From the NCBI RefSeq assembly GCF_030506305.1, contig NZ_CP119421.1, positions 176,354 to 240,353 of the forward strand: a stretch of DNA of 64,000 nucleotides, given 5' to 3'. Made by a program: the position numbers and the translations under genes. How positions within the stretch are numbered: the stretch's first letter is position 1; each line of letters begins with the position of its first letter. This DNA is from Porifericola rhodea (lineage in GTDB: Bacteria; Bacteroidota; Bacteroidia; Cytophagales; Cyclobacteriaceae). This document shows, one piece after another, positions 1 through 11,368 of this stretch. The notes under the pieces are model-generated. The model was not told the origin of the DNA. It did no database searches and saw only the letters and a list, made by a program, of their open reading frames with translations.

Positions 1-1
1 G

Positions 2-3000
2 CAAAACTGGCAACTGGCTGCTACTCCTACCACAGATGATGACAGATTTATAGTTGCTGATCAGTTAGGAGAAGGCTACCGTAGAGCAAAGCTAGCCTGG
101 TACGTAGTAGATAACAGCGCTTTTTATGTCAATAGCGGTTTACTAAAACCTGACAATATTCCTGATGATGTTGAAAACCATTATGAACGTGAAGTTTATC
201 CTCAGGAAGTATTTATCAATCAGGATGAGCAGGTAGTAAACCCTCCGCTACCCGTTTTTGATATGGTGTACTTTCCCGATGAGCGAGGTCCCTATAACTT
301 CAACCCTAACCTCACACCTGAAGGTAAGCTACCGAACCCTGAAGATAACTGGGGAGGTATTACCAGAGCTATTACCTCTGAAGTAGATTTTGATAAAACA
401 AATATTGAATACATAGAATTCTGGCTAATGGACCCCTTTATTCAGGGGGAGAACGGTACCATAGCAGGCGAAAATAATACAACTGGTGGTGAACTTGTGT
501 TTAACCTGGGTAGCATTTCTGAAGATGTAATTCCAGATGACCGACATTTCTTTGAAAATGGTCTGCCAGAAGATTATGAAAGCGATGATGTTACTCCAAC
601 CGATTGGGGACGAGCTCCAGCAGATCAGTTTTTGACTGATTTTTTCAATAATAGTTCTGCTGAGGTTAGAAACAACCAGGATGTTGGTTTTGATGGAGTG
701 CGTAACGATGATGAGTCCAATTTCTACAGTGATCTCATCAGCCGAATGTCTCCACAAGCTCAGGCTGCTATTCAGGACGACCCTTCAGGAGATAACTTTC
801 AGTACTATCTGGGAGATGAGTTGGATGCCCGTAACGCACAAATTATTGAGCGCTACAAGAACTTTAACGGCCAGGATGGTAACACCCCTATTCTGTCGGG
901 TAACGAAAGGTATACTCCCTCGGGAAGCCAGAGCCCCGACAATGAAGATTTAAACCGTGACAATACTCTGAGTGATCTGGAAGAATATTATGAGTACCGA
1001 ATAAATCTCCGTCCGGGTCAGCTACAAGTTGGGCAAAACTACATTGTAGATAAAACTACCGGCCAAAATACAGGTGTAGACTGGTACCTGTTTAGAATCC
1101 CTGTGCGACAGCCAGACAAAATTGTAGGTAACATTCAGGGCTTCAAATCTATTCGCTACATCAGATCTTATTTAACAGGATGGAGACAAAACGCAGCCCT
1201 TCGTTTTGTTAAGTTTCAGTTTGTAGGTAGCCAGTGGAGAAGGTATAACGAAGAGCTCTACAAAAAAGGCTTAAACGAGTATACTGAACCTAACGACCCC
1301 AACTTTACTATTTCGGTAGTAAACATTGAAGAAAATTCCGCTAATGACGGCGAAGGCTCTCCTTACATGGTTCCTCCCGGCATCAACCGTGATCGTGATA
1401 ATACCTCTCCTATTGACCGCCTTGTCAACGAGCAATCTCTTCAGCTGTGTGTGGAAGACCTTAAAGATGGAGACGCAAGAGCTGCATATAAAAACATGAC
1501 ACTGGACCTAATCAATTATGGTAAGATCAGAATGTTTCTGCATGCTGAAAGCCAGACGGCAGAAGACAGCTCTGTACATGCTTTCTTAAGGTTAGGTACA
1601 GACTTTACCGAAAACTATTATGAGGTAGCCATTCCTCTGGTAATGTCCGAAGCTGGTATCTTGGATGAGCGAGTAGTGTGGCCAGAAGAGAACGAACTGG
1701 AAATAGACCTGAACGACCTCTATGCGATTAAGTCCAGAAGAAACAACGCTGACCTGGCTATCAACCTACCCTATACAGAAAAGATAGGCAAACACCTGAT
1801 AACGGTGGTAGGTCGCCCTGAACTAAGTACAGTACAGACGGTGATGATTGGTATACGCAATCCACAAACTCCTGACCGAGCGCCAAAAGATGTGTGTATC
1901 TGGGCTAACGAGTTAAGAGTAGGTGATTTTGACCGAACCAGCGGCTGGGCAGCCAATGCAAGAATCAATACTCAGCTAGCTGATGTAGCAAACATAACGG
2001 CTTCAGCCCGCCATATGACTTTTGGTTTTGGAGGCGTACAGTCCCGTATATCGGAGCGCTCTCGTGAAGAAGCCACCGAATATGATGTGTCTGCCAATGT
2101 AACTGTAGACAAATTTCTACCACAGAAGCTGGGCTTAAGAATTCCAATGTTTGTGAGTTATGAGAAAGGAATGATTGAGCCTCAGTTTGACCCTCGCGAT
2201 CCGGATATCCCTCTGGATGCCGCCCTGGCTGCTTTACCGGCAGATGAGCGTGCGGCCTATCGCCAGATTGTGACTGACCAGGTAACACGACGTAGCCTGA
2301 ACTTTACCAATGTACGCAAGATCAAGCTCAACGAAAATGCCAGATCGCACTTTTTTGATCTGTCAAACTTTACATTCTCATACGCTTATAGCGATGTAGA
2401 GCGCACTAATTTTAATACAGCGCTTTACTACCAAAGAATTATGAGAGGAGGTATTGGCTATAACTACAGCTTCCCTGAGCTTAATGTGCAGCCCTTTGCC
2501 AATGTAGGCATATTTAGTTCTCCCTGGCTGGCCCTGATCAGAGATTTCAACTTCTCTCCTATTCCTTCAACCATCAGTATAAGAGGAGACCTGAACCGTA
2601 GCTTTGTAAAAACGGTATACCGTGGCGAAGACCTCAATCCTTTGTCAGACCCACTGTATGAGAAAGCATTTACCTTTAACAGAATTTACGATATGCGCTG
2701 GAACCTGTCTCAGAACCTGGCGCTGGACTACGGTGCGCGTGCTTACGCTATTATAGATGAGCCTGAAGGTGACCTGGAAACTCAGGCTGAAATTGACACG
2801 GTAATCAACAACCTGAAGCGCTTTGGTCGTATGAAAAATTTTGATCAAAACCTTAGTGCTACCTATACTGTGCCTTTCGACAAACTGCCAATCACAGACT
2901 GGGTAAGTGCTGATATCAGGTACAATGCTGGCTATACCTGGACTGCCGGAGCCATTGGCTTTGCCGATACCTTGGGAAATACCATAGAAAACAGCCGTGA

Positions 3001-4570
3001 CCGCAGCCTTAATGGTAGAGTAGATTTTGTGAGCCTTTACAACAAGGTAGGTTTTCTTAAAAATATAAACACCCCATCGCGGGGTAGGGCCAGCAGAGCA
3101 CGCCCCAGCGCACCACAAAATAATGCTGACTCGCTACAGCAAGAGAAGCCAAAGGGTGAAGGCAAATTTGCCAAAGGCTTTTTACGCCTGCTTATGTCTT
3201 TGCGTTCTATTAATGCCAACTACAATATGAGCGAAGGAACTCTGCTACCAGGCTTTATGCCAGAAGCCCGCTTCTTTGGTATGGATAGTACATTTAGTGC
3301 TCCCGGCCTTCCTTTTCTACTAGGTAGTCAGGATCCTGAAATACGAAACCAAGCGGTACGAAATGGCTGGCTCACTACCAGTAGTGCCCTAAGTATGCCT
3401 TTCCAGCAGTCGCAGGTAGAGAATTTTAACATACGAGCTGATATTGAGCCTTTCAAGGATTTCCGCATTCAGCTGGACTTTAAAAAGACCAAGACTGGCA
3501 CCTATCAGGAAATTTATCGGCTAGACTCAGTGGTAGATCAGCAGACTGGCAGAGTAAGCTACCAGTATAATGCTCAGAACCCCGCAAGAATAGGGAATTA
3601 CGACCTTACGTACTTTACTATGCGAACCGCATTCTCTAAAGATGATGCAGAGAATAATTCTGAGATTTTCAGAGAGTTTGAAAACAATCGCGATATTATT
3701 AAAGCCAGGTTGGAAGGACTTAACCCAAACCCCGGAACATACGACCGAAACTCTCAGGATGTATTGATACCTGCGTTTTTGGCAGCCTACAGCGGGCAAG
3801 ATGCCAATGACGTAAAACTTAGCCCTTTCCCCAGAATACCTCTGCCCAACTGGAGAATAGACTATGCTGGCCTTCCACGCCTGATACCTGAGCTAAGCGA
3901 TGTGTTTATGTCGTTTAACATTACACATGGTTATATTTCCAACTACTCTGTAAGCAATTACACCAGTAACCTGCTGTACGGAGACGAAAATTTACTTTTG
4001 CTCAGCCGCAATGTAGAAGACTACCCTATGGCCAGTGAGCTAAGCGAAAACGGAGACAATACTTTTGCTCCTGTTTATATCATTCAGCAGGTAACTATTA
4101 CCGAAAGATTTTCTCCACTAATCGGACTCAATATCAGAACCCGTAGCAGGCTCACAGGTAGAATTTCTTATGATGTAGAAAGAAGCCTCGCTCTTAATAT
4201 GTCAAACACCCAGGTAACTGAGCTCAACAGCAAATCCATCAATGTTAATTTTGGCTTCGTAAAATCTGAGCTTAGACTTCCTTTTAAGGTAGAAGGCAGA
4301 AGTATCACTTTAGAAAACGACCTTACTTTTAATCTGGGGATGACTTTTAAAGACACCAAAACGGTACAGCGCAAACTGGATGAAGAAAGCACTGTTACTA
4401 ATGGAAATATCAACTTCCAGTTCCGTCCAACTATGGATTATAACATCAACGAAAAGCTAAATATTCAGCTGTATTTTGCCCGTACCATCAATGACCCAAG
4501 GGTAACAAGTTCGTTTAAGAGAGTAACTACAGAATTTGGGGTTCAGGCTCGCTTTAACCTTGCGCAATAA
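2..4570 (+). CDS. sprA: SprA (type IX secretion / gliding motility protein), 5'-truncated by the window edge. The frame is open from nt 2.
   Basis: The frame is open from position 2 with no stop, so the ORF-track ATG at 263 is internal. The length (over 1500 aa here, whole protein about 2400 aa), motifs such as '[10 protein letters not shown]', the Asn/Asp-rich beta-rich composition and a C-terminal beta-barrel-like segment are typical of Bacteroidetes SprA. Confidence 0.8.
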   Translation, partial: QNWQLAATPTTDDDRFIVADQLGEGYRRAKLAWYVVDNSAFYVNSGLLKPDNIPDDVENHYEREVYPQEVFINQDEQVVNPPLPVFDMVYFPDERGPYNFNPNLTPEGKLPNPEDNWGGITRAITSEVDFDKTNIEYIEFWLMDPFIQGENGTIAGENNTTGGELVFNLGSISEDVIPDDRHFFENGLPEDYESDDVTPTDWGRAPADQFLTDFFNNSSAEVRNNQDVGFDGVRNDDESNFYSDLISRMSPQAQAAIQDDPSGDNFQYYLGDELDARNAQIIERYKNFNGQDGNTPILSGNERYTPSGSQSPDNEDLNRDNTLSDLEEYYEYRINLRPGQLQVGQNYIVDKTTGQNTGVDWYLFRIPVRQPDKIVGNIQGFKSIRYIRSYLTGWRQNAALRFVKFQFVGSQWRRYNEELYKKGLNEYTEPNDPNFTISVVNIEENSANDGEGSPYMVPPGINRDRDNTSPIDRLVNEQSLQLCVEDLKDGDARAAYKNMTLDLINYGKIRMFLHAESQTAEDSSVHAFLRLGTDFTENYYEVAIPLVMSEAGILDERVVWPEENELEIDLNDLYAIKSRRNNADLAINLPYTEKIGKHLITVVGRPELSTVQTVMIGIRNPQTPDRAPKDVCIWANELRVGDFDRTSGWAANARINTQLADVANITASARHMTFGFGGVQSRISERSREEATEYDVSANVTVDKFLPQKLGLRIPMFVSYEKGMIEPQFDPRDPDIPLDAALAALPADERAAYRQIVTDQVTRRSLNFTNVRKIKLNENARSHFFDLSNFTFSYAYSDVERTNFNTALYYQRIMRGGIGYNYSFPELNVQPFANVGIFSSPWLALIRDFNFSPIPSTISIRGDLNRSFVKTVYRGEDLNPLSDPLYEKAFTFNRIYDMRWNLSQNLALDYGARAYAIIDEPEGDLETQAEIDTVINNLKRFGRMKNFDQNLSATYTVPFDKLPITDWVSADIRYNAGYTWTAGAIGFADTLGNTIENSRDRSLNGRVDFVSLYNKVGFLKNINTPSRGRASRARPSAPQNNADSLQQEKPKGEGKFAKGFLRLLMSLRSINANYNMSEGTLLPGFMPEARFFGMDSTFSAPGLPFLLGSQDPEIRNQAVRNGWLTTSSALSMPFQQSQVENFNIRADIEPFKDFRIQLDFKKTKTGTYQEIYRLDSVVDQQTGRVSYQYNAQNPARIGNYDLTYFTMRTAFSKDDAENNSEIFREFENNRDIIKARLEGLNPNPGTYDRNSQDVLIPAFLAAYSGQDANDVKLSPFPRIPLPNWRIDYAGLPRLIPELSDVFMSFNITHGYISNYSVSNYTSNLLYGDENLLLLSRNVEDYPMASELSENGDNTFAPVYIIQQVTITERFSPLIGLNIRTRSRLTGRISYDVERSLALNMSNTQVTELNSKSINVNFGFVKSELRLPFKVEGRSITLENDLTFNLGMTFKDTKTVQRKLDEESTVTNGNINFQFRPTMDYNINEKLNIQLYFARTINDPRVTSSFKRVTTEFGVQARFNLAQ

Positions 4571-4642
4571 TTTGTGAAAACAAAAGACAAAGGAGCTACA
4601 TTAATAGTAGTATTGGGTTTTGCGCTTTGGTAAAAAAGCCCT

Positions 4643-4650
4643 TACATTTG
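4643..4650 (+). promoter_or_regulatory. Bacteroidetes sigmaA -7 element 'TAcaTTTG' upstream of gcvH
   Basis: The motif TAnnTTTG lies 18 nt upstream of the ATG at 4669. Confidence 0.3.
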
Positions 4651-4668
4651 GCCAAAAAAATAATAATT

Positions 4669-5049
4669 ATGAACCTACCTGAAAATCTTAAATACACTAA
4701 AGATCACGAATGGGTAAGAATAGAAGGTGATGTAGCTTACGTGGGCATCACAGACTTTGCTCAAAGTGAATTAGGTGATATCGTTTTTGTAGAAGTAGAA
4801 ACTGAAGGAGAAGAAATGAGTCAGGGCGAAGTATTCGGCACAGTAGAAGCTGTAAAAACCGTATCTGACCTGTTTATGCCCCTAGATGGTAAAATCCTTG
4901 AATTTAATACTGAGTTGGAATCGTCTCCTGAGGTGGTAAATGAAGACCCTTACGAGAAAGGATGGATGATTAAAATCAGTATTGCTGATACCTCTCAGCT
5001 TGACGACTTATTGGATGCACAAAGCTATCAGGAAGAAACCGGAAATTAA
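4669..5049 (+). CDS. gcvH: Glycine cleavage system H protein (lipoyl carrier)
   Basis: '[44 protein letters not shown]...EAVKTVSDL' matches the GcvH lipoyl-lysine region. The ORF-track start at 4627 is a TTG; the ATG at 4669 gives the canonical 126-aa protein. Confidence 0.9.
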   Translation: MNLPENLKYTKDHEWVRIEGDVAYVGITDFAQSELGDIVFVEVETEGEEMSQGEVFGTVEAVKTVSDLFMPLDGKILEFNTELESSPEVVNEDPYEKGWMIKISIADTSQLDDLLDAQSYQEETGN

Positions 5050-5088
5050 TTTCCGGTTTTTTTTGCTAGCCTTCAGCACAGATTTTTT

Positions 5089-5460
5089 ATGTTTTTCAGA
5101 TTTAATTTCTTCACTATAGTATGGGCCATAGTTATACTTTTTTTGGTGCTAATGCCCGGGCAACAGATGCCTAAAATAAGTGGAGATTATCTACTGAGCA
5201 TAGACAAATTAGCCCACGCATTCGTTTTTTGCATATTGGTTTTACTAATGATTGTGGGCTTTATTAAACAGCACCGCTTTCCCATACTCCGAACTAAGGC
5301 CGTTACCTATTCGTTAGTAATATCAATATCATACGGACTCATTCTGGAAATAATGCAATTATTAAGCTCAGCCAGAATGGTAGAGCTTCTGGATGCAGGA
5401 GCTAACATTGCAGGTTGTATCTCCGGGTGGCTACTTTTTTTGCTGATATACAGACTATAA
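5089..5460 (+). CDS. VanZ-like family membrane protein
   Basis: Small protein with 4 TM segments carrying 'DKLAHAFVF' and 'LEIMQ' motifs typical of VanZ-like proteins. Confidence 0.6.
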   Translation: MFFRFNFFTIVWAIVILFLVLMPGQQMPKISGDYLLSIDKLAHAFVFCILVLLMIVGFIKQHRFPILRTKAVTYSLVISISYGLILEIMQLLSSARMVELLDAGANIAGCISGWLLFLLIYRL

Positions 5461-5551
5461 AAAGTTAGCATATCATTTTTCTTGTACATCCGGTTTCAAT
5501 TTTGTAATTTATGTGCTAATATTACATGGTAATTATATTAAAAACTTATTT

Positions 5552-6226
5552 ATGGAATCTAAGAAAACGCCCAGAGCCGATCTTAGCAAAAAGACCGGAC
5601 TTCACCTGAGTATAGGTTTAGTGATAAGTTTGGCTGTTGTAACTTTGGCTTTTGAATGGAAGTCTTACGACGAGCAAACCTTAGTAGACTTAGGTGTTGT
5701 GGAAGATGATTTTGAGGATGTGATGGATATACCACCAACCGAGCAACCACCTCCACCTCCCCCAAAAATTCAGCAGCCTGAAATTGTAGAGGTTCCTGAT
5801 GAAGAAGAAATTGAAGAAGAAATTGAAATTGATCTTGACGTAGAGATCACTGAAGATACCCAGATTGAAGAGATGGTGTTTGAAGAAGCACCTGAAGAAG
5901 AGGTATCTGATGAAATTTTTATGGTAGTGGAAGATCAGCCTGAACCTCAGGGAGGTATGGCCGCTTTCTACCAGTACGTTAGTAAAAACCTGAAGTATCC
6001 TTCTCAAGCACGTAGAATGGGTGTAGAAGGTAAAGTGTTTGTACAGTTTGTGGTAGACAAAGATGGTTCTATCAGCCAGGTACAAGCAATTAAAGGTATT
6101 GGAGCAGGATGTGACGAAGAAGCTGTTCGCGTACTACAAAACGCACCCAAGTGGAAACCTGGTAAGCAGCGTGGTAGACCAGTAAGAGTAAGAATGGTAC
6201 TACCTATCACATTCAAACTAGGATAA
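5552..6226 (+). CDS. TonB-family energy transducer. It has an N-terminal TM anchor, a poly-Pro/acidic linker and a C-terminal TonB domain.
   Basis: Contains 'PPPPPPKIQQP', an acidic EEIEEEIEIDLD repeat, and a C-terminal 'PEPQGGMAAFYQYVSKNLKYPSQARRMGVEGKVFVQFVVDKDGSI' TonB_C fold. The likely start is MESKK at 5552. Confidence 0.8.
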   Translation: MESKKTPRADLSKKTGLHLSIGLVISLAVVTLAFEWKSYDEQTLVDLGVVEDDFEDVMDIPPTEQPPPPPPKIQQPEIVEVPDEEEIEEEIEIDLDVEITEDTQIEEMVFEEAPEEEVSDEIFMVVEDQPEPQGGMAAFYQYVSKNLKYPSQARRMGVEGKVFVQFVVDKDGSISQVQAIKGIGAGCDEEAVRVLQNAPKWKPGKQRGRPVRVRMVLPITFKLG

Positions 6227-6266
6227 TGTGATTTTGATTTAGATGTTAATATTGATTATTAGCAAG

Positions 6267-6299
6267 AAAGCCGGTTCATTTAGTGTTCCGGCTTTTTTT
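6267..6299 (+). terminator. Rho-independent terminator: AAAGCCGG stem, 13-nt loop, CCGGCTTT stem, then a T7 run
   Basis: A perfect 8-bp stem followed by TTTTTTT lies just downstream of the TonB-like gene. Confidence 0.7.
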
Positions 6300-6573
6300 A
6301 TGTGCTTTATTCTCTTAACTATAACACCTCCTCATTTGTATTCTGTTACCTGAGAGACTCACTCGTATTAGCACAAAAGGGCTCTTCAGTATTCTCCGGT
6401 AACTTAAACATCTACCTTATCTTCTGCTCGCAGCAGCTCGTAATAGTAACGACTCATTAGCTCAGTCCCGTCCCTAATGATATACAGCAACTTAAGTATT
6501 AGCTTATCTCACACTGTATACTGGACCTTATGCAGCACCAATAGTTATAGAACATTGCTTTACTGTACAGGCA

Positions 6574-6600
6574 TAAAAAAAGCGCCCCTTCCGGAGCGCC
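6574..6600 (-). terminator. Putative intrinsic terminator for the DUF1573 gene. It is a GC stem with one mismatch followed by a U-run on the minus strand.
   Basis: On the minus strand it reads GCGCTCC-GGAA-GGGGCGC followed by TTTTTTT. Confidence 0.4.
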
Positions 6601-6630
6601 TATATATACATACCTGTTTACATCAAACTT

Positions 6631-7047
6631 TTACTGAGCACTGTCCTTTTTAGGTAGCACATTAGTAATAATTTTTACTCTTTCCTGGGCATTTACCGCA
6701 TTGGATACTACAGTAACCACTTTGTTTTGTTTACCCATTTTACCAGCACTATTGAATGATACTGCAATTTCTCCTCCTTCCCCAGGAGCAAGAGGCTCGC
6801 GAGGCCATGAAGTAGCTGTACACCCGCATGTAGTTAGCACATTTGAAAGTATTAAGGGTTCAGTACCACTATTCTCAAACTCAAATACATAGCTTACTTT
6901 ATCACCCTGCTCAATATCTCCAAAATCATGTGAGCTCTTGGCAAAAGTAATTTGCGGGCCATCTACTGCTTCGGCCTGCTGTGAGTTCTGAGCAAAAAGC
7001 TGCACAGAGAGAAGTACTACCGCTGAAAGTAAAAAGAATTTTTTCAT
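6631..7047 (-). CDS. DUF1573 domain-containing secreted protein
   Basis: Signal peptide 'MKKFFLLSAVVLLSVQLFAQ', and the Ig-like DUF1573 signature '...GTEPLILSNVLTTCGCT...'. Confidence 0.65.
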   Translation of the reverse strand: MKKFFLLSAVVLLSVQLFAQNSQQAEAVDGPQITFAKSSHDFGDIEQGDKVSYVFEFENSGTEPLILSNVLTTCGCTATSWPREPLAPGEGGEIAVSFNSAGKMGKQNKVVTVVSNAVNAQERVKIITNVLPKKDSAQ

Positions 7048-7266
7048 AACACTATTTCAAATTTATTGATGCTTGTACAAAAACCATTCCTGCATAAGAA
7101 GCACAAATATTATACATTAAGTTCGGGCTTGTAAAAAAATGCCACGAATTAGCGCTTTTTTCTTTTATCGCCACTCAAAATTATAGGTTTATTCCAACCA
7201 AAGTTTTCCTCTTAGTGTCATCAGTAATAACAAAGCAACACAACCAAATTTAAAAATTAACTATCT

Positions 7267-8226
7267 ATGAAAATGAATTTCTCAATTAAACACTACCTGT
7301 ATATGATGACTACTGTGGTGTTTCTTAGTGGATGTTTGGATACTGGAGATACTGATTTTGAGAAACAGGTAAAATTTGAGGAAAAGCTCATTACAGACCA
7401 CCTTGAATCAAACAACATTACAGCTACACGTGACAACAGCGGAATGTACTATCAGGTACTGGAAAAAAATACAGGGGGCACCCCGGTAGAAGAAGAAGAT
7501 GTAGTTTCTATACGTTATGTCATGAAAACTTTGGGGGGAAAGTTTATTGATAGCCTTAGCATGAGTACCGAAGCGGATTCTGCTGTAATTTTTCAGCATG
7601 TTACTGGCGCAATCTATCCGGAAGGAATTAACTGGGGAGTAAGACTAATGAATGAAGGAGAAAAATTCCGTTTTTATATACCTTCTTATTATGGCTTTAA
7701 AAACTACTCTTATAAGACACTGATACCTTCCGAGAGTATTCTTGTTGTAGATGTTGAAGTAGTAGATGTTTTATCAGCCTCAGATATGGCGGCCAGGGAA
7801 GATCAGGGAATTAAAGACTATATAGCGGAAAATGAACTGGAAAATGTTAAAAAACAATCTTCAGGGGTATATTATCAGGTACTTGAAGAAGGATCTGGCT
7901 CTGTACTAAAAGCCGGTCAGTCTGTAGAGGTACAGTACAAAGGCTACTTCCCTAACGGTGAAGTTTTTGATGAGTCAAAGAGCGATACCCCTCTTAGCTT
8001 CGTGGTAGGGTATAATAACCTTATAGCTGGCTTTGATGAAGGAATCAAGCTAATGAAGAAAGGTGAAAAAGGCCGAATATTTATCCCTTCCAAGCATGCC
8101 TATAATCAGGGTACTCAAGTAATCCCTGGTCTTATCAGAAAAGACTTTCTGGAGAAATATCAGATCAGGAATATGCCTCCATTTCAGACCCTCATCTTTG
8201 ATGTAGAAGTAACGAAGGTAAACTAA
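7267..8226 (+). CDS. FKBP-type peptidyl-prolyl cis-trans isomerase with a tandem FKBP fold, a lipoprotein
   Basis: Lipobox 'FLSGCLD', and two FKBP-like segments ('GMYYQVLEKNTGG...', 'SGVYYQVLEEGSG...VQYKGYFPNGEVFDES...VGYNNLIAGFDEGIKLMKKGEKGRIFIPSKHAY'). Confidence 0.8.
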   Translation: MKMNFSIKHYLYMMTTVVFLSGCLDTGDTDFEKQVKFEEKLITDHLESNNITATRDNSGMYYQVLEKNTGGTPVEEEDVVSIRYVMKTLGGKFIDSLSMSTEADSAVIFQHVTGAIYPEGINWGVRLMNEGEKFRFYIPSYYGFKNYSYKTLIPSESILVVDVEVVDVLSASDMAAREDQGIKDYIAENELENVKKQSSGVYYQVLEEGSGSVLKAGQSVEVQYKGYFPNGEVFDESKSDTPLSFVVGYNNLIAGFDEGIKLMKKGEKGRIFIPSKHAYNQGTQVIPGLIRKDFLEKYQIRNMPPFQTLIFDVEVTKVN

Positions 8227-8248
8227 TAGCTAAGCTCATTAATAAGGT

Positions 8249-8281
8249 AAAAGGCTGACAGTACTTGTCAGCCTTTTTTTA
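8249..8281. terminator. Bidirectional intrinsic terminator: GGCTGAC stem, AGTACTT loop, GTCAGCC stem, flanked by an A-run and a T-run
   Basis: A perfect 7-bp GC-rich stem. The T8 run follows on the plus strand and the A4 run precedes it. It sits between the convergent FKBP gene and the helicase gene. Confidence 0.75.
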
Positions 8282-9685
8282 TTCAAAAAAATCTGGATTA
8301 AAGTTCATCAGATACAGTTCTGATTTGGCTCTGGTGACAGCTGTGTACAACCATCGTAAGTACTCATGATTGATCATTTCATCTTTCAGATATCCCTGAC
8401 TTACAAACACAGCATCCCACTGACCACCCTGAGACTTATGGCAGGTTAAGGCATACGCAAACTTAATTTGCAAAGCATTCAAATACATATCGCTACGTAC
8501 GGCTTCTATCTGCTCCTGCCGATTGCCTACTTCTTTGTACTCTTCAAACACCTGCTCATATAACTCATGATATTTATCTTCAGCCAGAGCTGGTGTAGGC
8601 GCATGAAGGGTATCAAGAATAACTTTTGCTTCAAAAGCAGGTTGGTCAGGATAGTCCAGAAGCTGAAGCTCAAGGGTTGCAAACCTTAAGTCATACTTTT
8701 CTTCAAAATCTACCACCCTACGAATTTCTACAAAATCTCCATTAGCCAAAAAGCCCGCAGGTGAATCCTCATCCAGAAAATAGTAGTTATTTTTTACGAT
8801 CATAAGGTAGTCTCCTGCTTCTACTTCGCTTTCGTAAAAAAATATATTTCGCCGGATATACTCGTTGTAGGATACACTTTCGCGATTAGAACGACAGATG
8901 ATAGTAGTGTTCTCTTTTCCAAACTTATCATAAGCGTACCTAAGACCATCTTCTAAACGTTCGCCAGGCATTCTAAAAATATCGGTAAACTTCCTGGTCT
9001 GAAAAGCGATTTTGAATTTATCCTTTACTAACTCATTACGGATATAAGTGGCGTTATACAGTATACCTGAAACCAGCTCTTGCCGTTTTACTTCTGTAAG
9101 TTCAATCTCCTGCAACGATAAGCGATAAACTGAAGAAAGATATTCGGCATCTAAACCCCGGCTTAGGTTTTGCCCAACAGGAGGCAGCTGTGCGGCATCC
9201 CCTATGAGCATTAACTTATTTGTAGGATCTTCAAATACATAGTCTACCAGATCTGCAAGCAGGCTCCTGCCATCCATACCAGGTTCATCAGAAAGCATAG
9301 AGGCTTCATCTATGACAAAAAGCGTTTGTTTGTAATAGTTACGCCTTCTTCTGAACTGTATTTTTCCACTTTGGGGGTCGGCTGTGCGCTGATATATAAT
9401 TTTGTGAATGGTGTAGGCATTACGCTTTGTATAATTAGCCATTACTTTAGCGGCTCTACCTGTAGGAGCCAGTAATACTGAACGGAAATCAAACTCCGGC
9501 AGTGCTTTTACTAAAGCGATCAATACACTCGTTTTTCCGGTACCCGCATAACCTCTCAACATGAGCGTCATCCGTAGTTGGTCATGCCTGGTCAGGAAGT
9601 GATCAAAAAGTAAAAAAAGTTTCCTCTGCCCTTCGGTAGGGCTAAAAGGAAACTTCTTCTGAATGATTTGGGAAGGTTTAGGCAA
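8279..9685 (-). CDS. RecD/Dda-like superfamily-1 DNA helicase (AAA_30 plus UvrD_C_2)
   Basis: Walker A 'GYAGTGKTSVL', plus 'LAPTGRAAKVM', 'VIDEASML' and the C-terminal 'YALTCHKSQGGQWDAVFV' motif of RecD-like helicases. Confidence 0.8.
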   Translation of the reverse strand: MPKPSQIIQKKFPFSPTEGQRKLFLLFDHFLTRHDQLRMTLMLRGYAGTGKTSVLIALVKALPEFDFRSVLLAPTGRAAKVMANYTKRNAYTIHKIIYQRTADPQSGKIQFRRRRNYYKQTLFVIDEASMLSDEPGMDGRSLLADLVDYVFEDPTNKLMLIGDAAQLPPVGQNLSRGLDAEYLSSVYRLSLQEIELTEVKRQELVSGILYNATYIRNELVKDKFKIAFQTRKFTDIFRMPGERLEDGLRYAYDKFGKENTTIICRSNRESVSYNEYIRRNIFFYESEVEAGDYLMIVKNNYYFLDEDSPAGFLANGDFVEIRRVVDFEEKYDLRFATLELQLLDYPDQPAFEAKVILDTLHAPTPALAEDKYHELYEQVFEEYKEVGNRQEQIEAVRSDMYLNALQIKFAYALTCHKSQGGQWDAVFVSQGYLKDEMINHEYLRWLYTAVTRAKSELYLMNFNPDFFE

Positions 9686-9708
9686 AGCTGATGCTGTTAG
9701 CCTGCGTT

Positions 9709-11169
9709 TTAAAATTCAGCGTTCTCAGGTGTTCTAGGGAAAGGTATAACATCACGGATATTACCCATACCTGTTACAAATAGTAGTAGCCTTTCAAAGC
9801 CCAGACCAAAGCCACTGTGGGGCGTAGTACCGAACTTTCGGGTATCCAGATACCACCACATCTCTTCCTGAGGAATATCGGCTTCCTCCATACGTGCAAT
9901 TAGTCGGTCATGACGCTCTTCGCGTTGAGAGCCACCGATAATCTCTCCTATACCGGGGAAAAGCACATCCATAGCAGCCACTGTCTCTTTTCCGGGCTCT
10001 TCTCCGTCGTTTTGTCGCATATAAAAAGCCTTGATAGACTTAGGATAATTATACAGGATTACCGGGCGTTTAAAGTGCTTTTCTACCAGAAAACGCTCAT
10101 GTTCAGACTGGAGGTCTGCCCCCCAATCTTCTATCAGATACTGAAATTTTTTCTTTTTATTAGGCTTAGAGTTTCTTAAAACGTTAATAGCCTCCGTATA
10201 AGTGACACGCGCAAAGTCATTGCTAACTATGAAGTTTAGCCTTTCCAGCAGCGTCATCTCACTTTTTTCTTCTTTCTTTTTATTCTTTTCTTCATCCAGA
10301 GCTCTATTGTTAAGAAACTCCAGATCATCTGCACAGTGGTCAAGCGCATACTGTACCAGATACTTCAGAAAAGACTCAGCCAGATCCATATTATCTTTCA
10401 GCTCGTAGAAGGCCATCTCTGGCTCTACCATCCAGAACTCAGCCAGGTGGCGTGAGGTATTGGAATTTTCTGCACGGAATGTAGGACCAAACGTATAGAT
10501 TTCACCAAGGCCCATTGCTGCAAGTTCACCTTCCAGCTGTCCAGAAACAGTCAGGTTGGTAGGCTTAGCAAAAAAGTCCTGCTTAAAATCTATCTCTCCT
10601 TCTTCATTGCGGGGCGGTTGGTTAAGGTCTAAAGTAGTTACCTGAAACATCTCACCTGCCCCTTCAGCATCGGAAGCAGTAATGATAGGCGTATGCACAT
10701 TGTAGAATCCTCGCTCGTTAAAGAACTGATGGATCGCAAAAGTCATCGCATGGCGGATACGATAGATTGCACCGAAAGTAGAAGTACGAGGACGTAGGTG
10801 GGCGATCTCTCTAAGAAATTCAAAGGAATGTTTTTTTGGCTGCAAAGGATAGGTCTCCGGATCAGCCTCTCCTAATATTTCTATTTCGTCTGCGGGTAAT
10901 TCTATTTTTTGACCATGCCCCTGAGAGGCAGCCAGCTTACCTTTTACTGCTATGCACGCACCGCTTGTAACTTTTTTCAGAGTTTCTTCACCAATAGTAT
11001 TCGGATCTGCTACAATCTGCAAATTATGAATGGTAGAACCGTCGTTGAGCGCAATAAATGCAACATTTTTGCTGCCTCGTTTTGTTCTCACCCAACCTTT
11101 GACCAATACCTCCTGATCCAGAGGCATTTCCTTCAATAATAAACTGATTTTGGCTCTCGTTAGACGCAT
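9709..11169 (-). CDS. asnS: Asparagine--tRNA ligase
   Basis: Near-identical class II motifs to E. coli AsnS ('[10 protein letters not shown]', '[21 protein letters not shown]', 'GGSQREER', 'GFGLGFERL', C-terminal 'FPRTP'). The start is taken at 'MRLTRAK' by alignment to the E. coli N-terminus. Confidence 0.9.
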   Translation of the reverse strand: MRLTRAKISLLLKEMPLDQEVLVKGWVRTKRGSKNVAFIALNDGSTIHNLQIVADPNTIGEETLKKVTSGACIAVKGKLAASQGHGQKIELPADEIEILGEADPETYPLQPKKHSFEFLREIAHLRPRTSTFGAIYRIRHAMTFAIHQFFNERGFYNVHTPIITASDAEGAGEMFQVTTLDLNQPPRNEEGEIDFKQDFFAKPTNLTVSGQLEGELAAMGLGEIYTFGPTFRAENSNTSRHLAEFWMVEPEMAFYELKDNMDLAESFLKYLVQYALDHCADDLEFLNNRALDEEKNKKKEEKSEMTLLERLNFIVSNDFARVTYTEAINVLRNSKPNKKKKFQYLIEDWGADLQSEHERFLVEKHFKRPVILYNYPKSIKAFYMRQNDGEEPGKETVAAMDVLFPGIGEIIGGSQREERHDRLIARMEEADIPQEEMWWYLDTRKFGTTPHSGFGLGFERLLLFVTGMGNIRDVIPFPRTPENAEF

Positions 11170-11368
11170 AGCTCGTGCCAACAATTTTTAGATTAAAAAA
11201 ATCCAAAACAAATTGCTGTGAATAACTTTTGAATTAATGAAATATTATCTTACTAGTGTACTAAAAGGTGTTTGCAAAGCAACGATATTTTGCTCTTTTT
11301 ATCAAAGATTTGATAGAATATAATAAATTTGGACACAGTTTGGTAAAGTAGATTAAAGGAGAATATAC

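Noticed and set aside
425-4413. Several 60-160-aa minus-strand ORFs inside sprA (425-757, 1771-2288, 2645-3219, 3527-3799, 4168-4413)
   Set aside because: All lie antisense within a long, well-supported coding region and none has recognisable motifs. They are six-frame translation artefacts.
6440-6475. tRNA-like D-loop string 'TAGCTCAGTCCC' in the 400-bp gap between the convergent TonB-like and DUF1573 genes
   Set aside because: Only a D-arm-like fragment is present. There is no GGTAGAGC, no anticodon stem or T-loop (GTTCGAATC-like), and no acceptor-stem complementarity, so it is not a tRNA gene.
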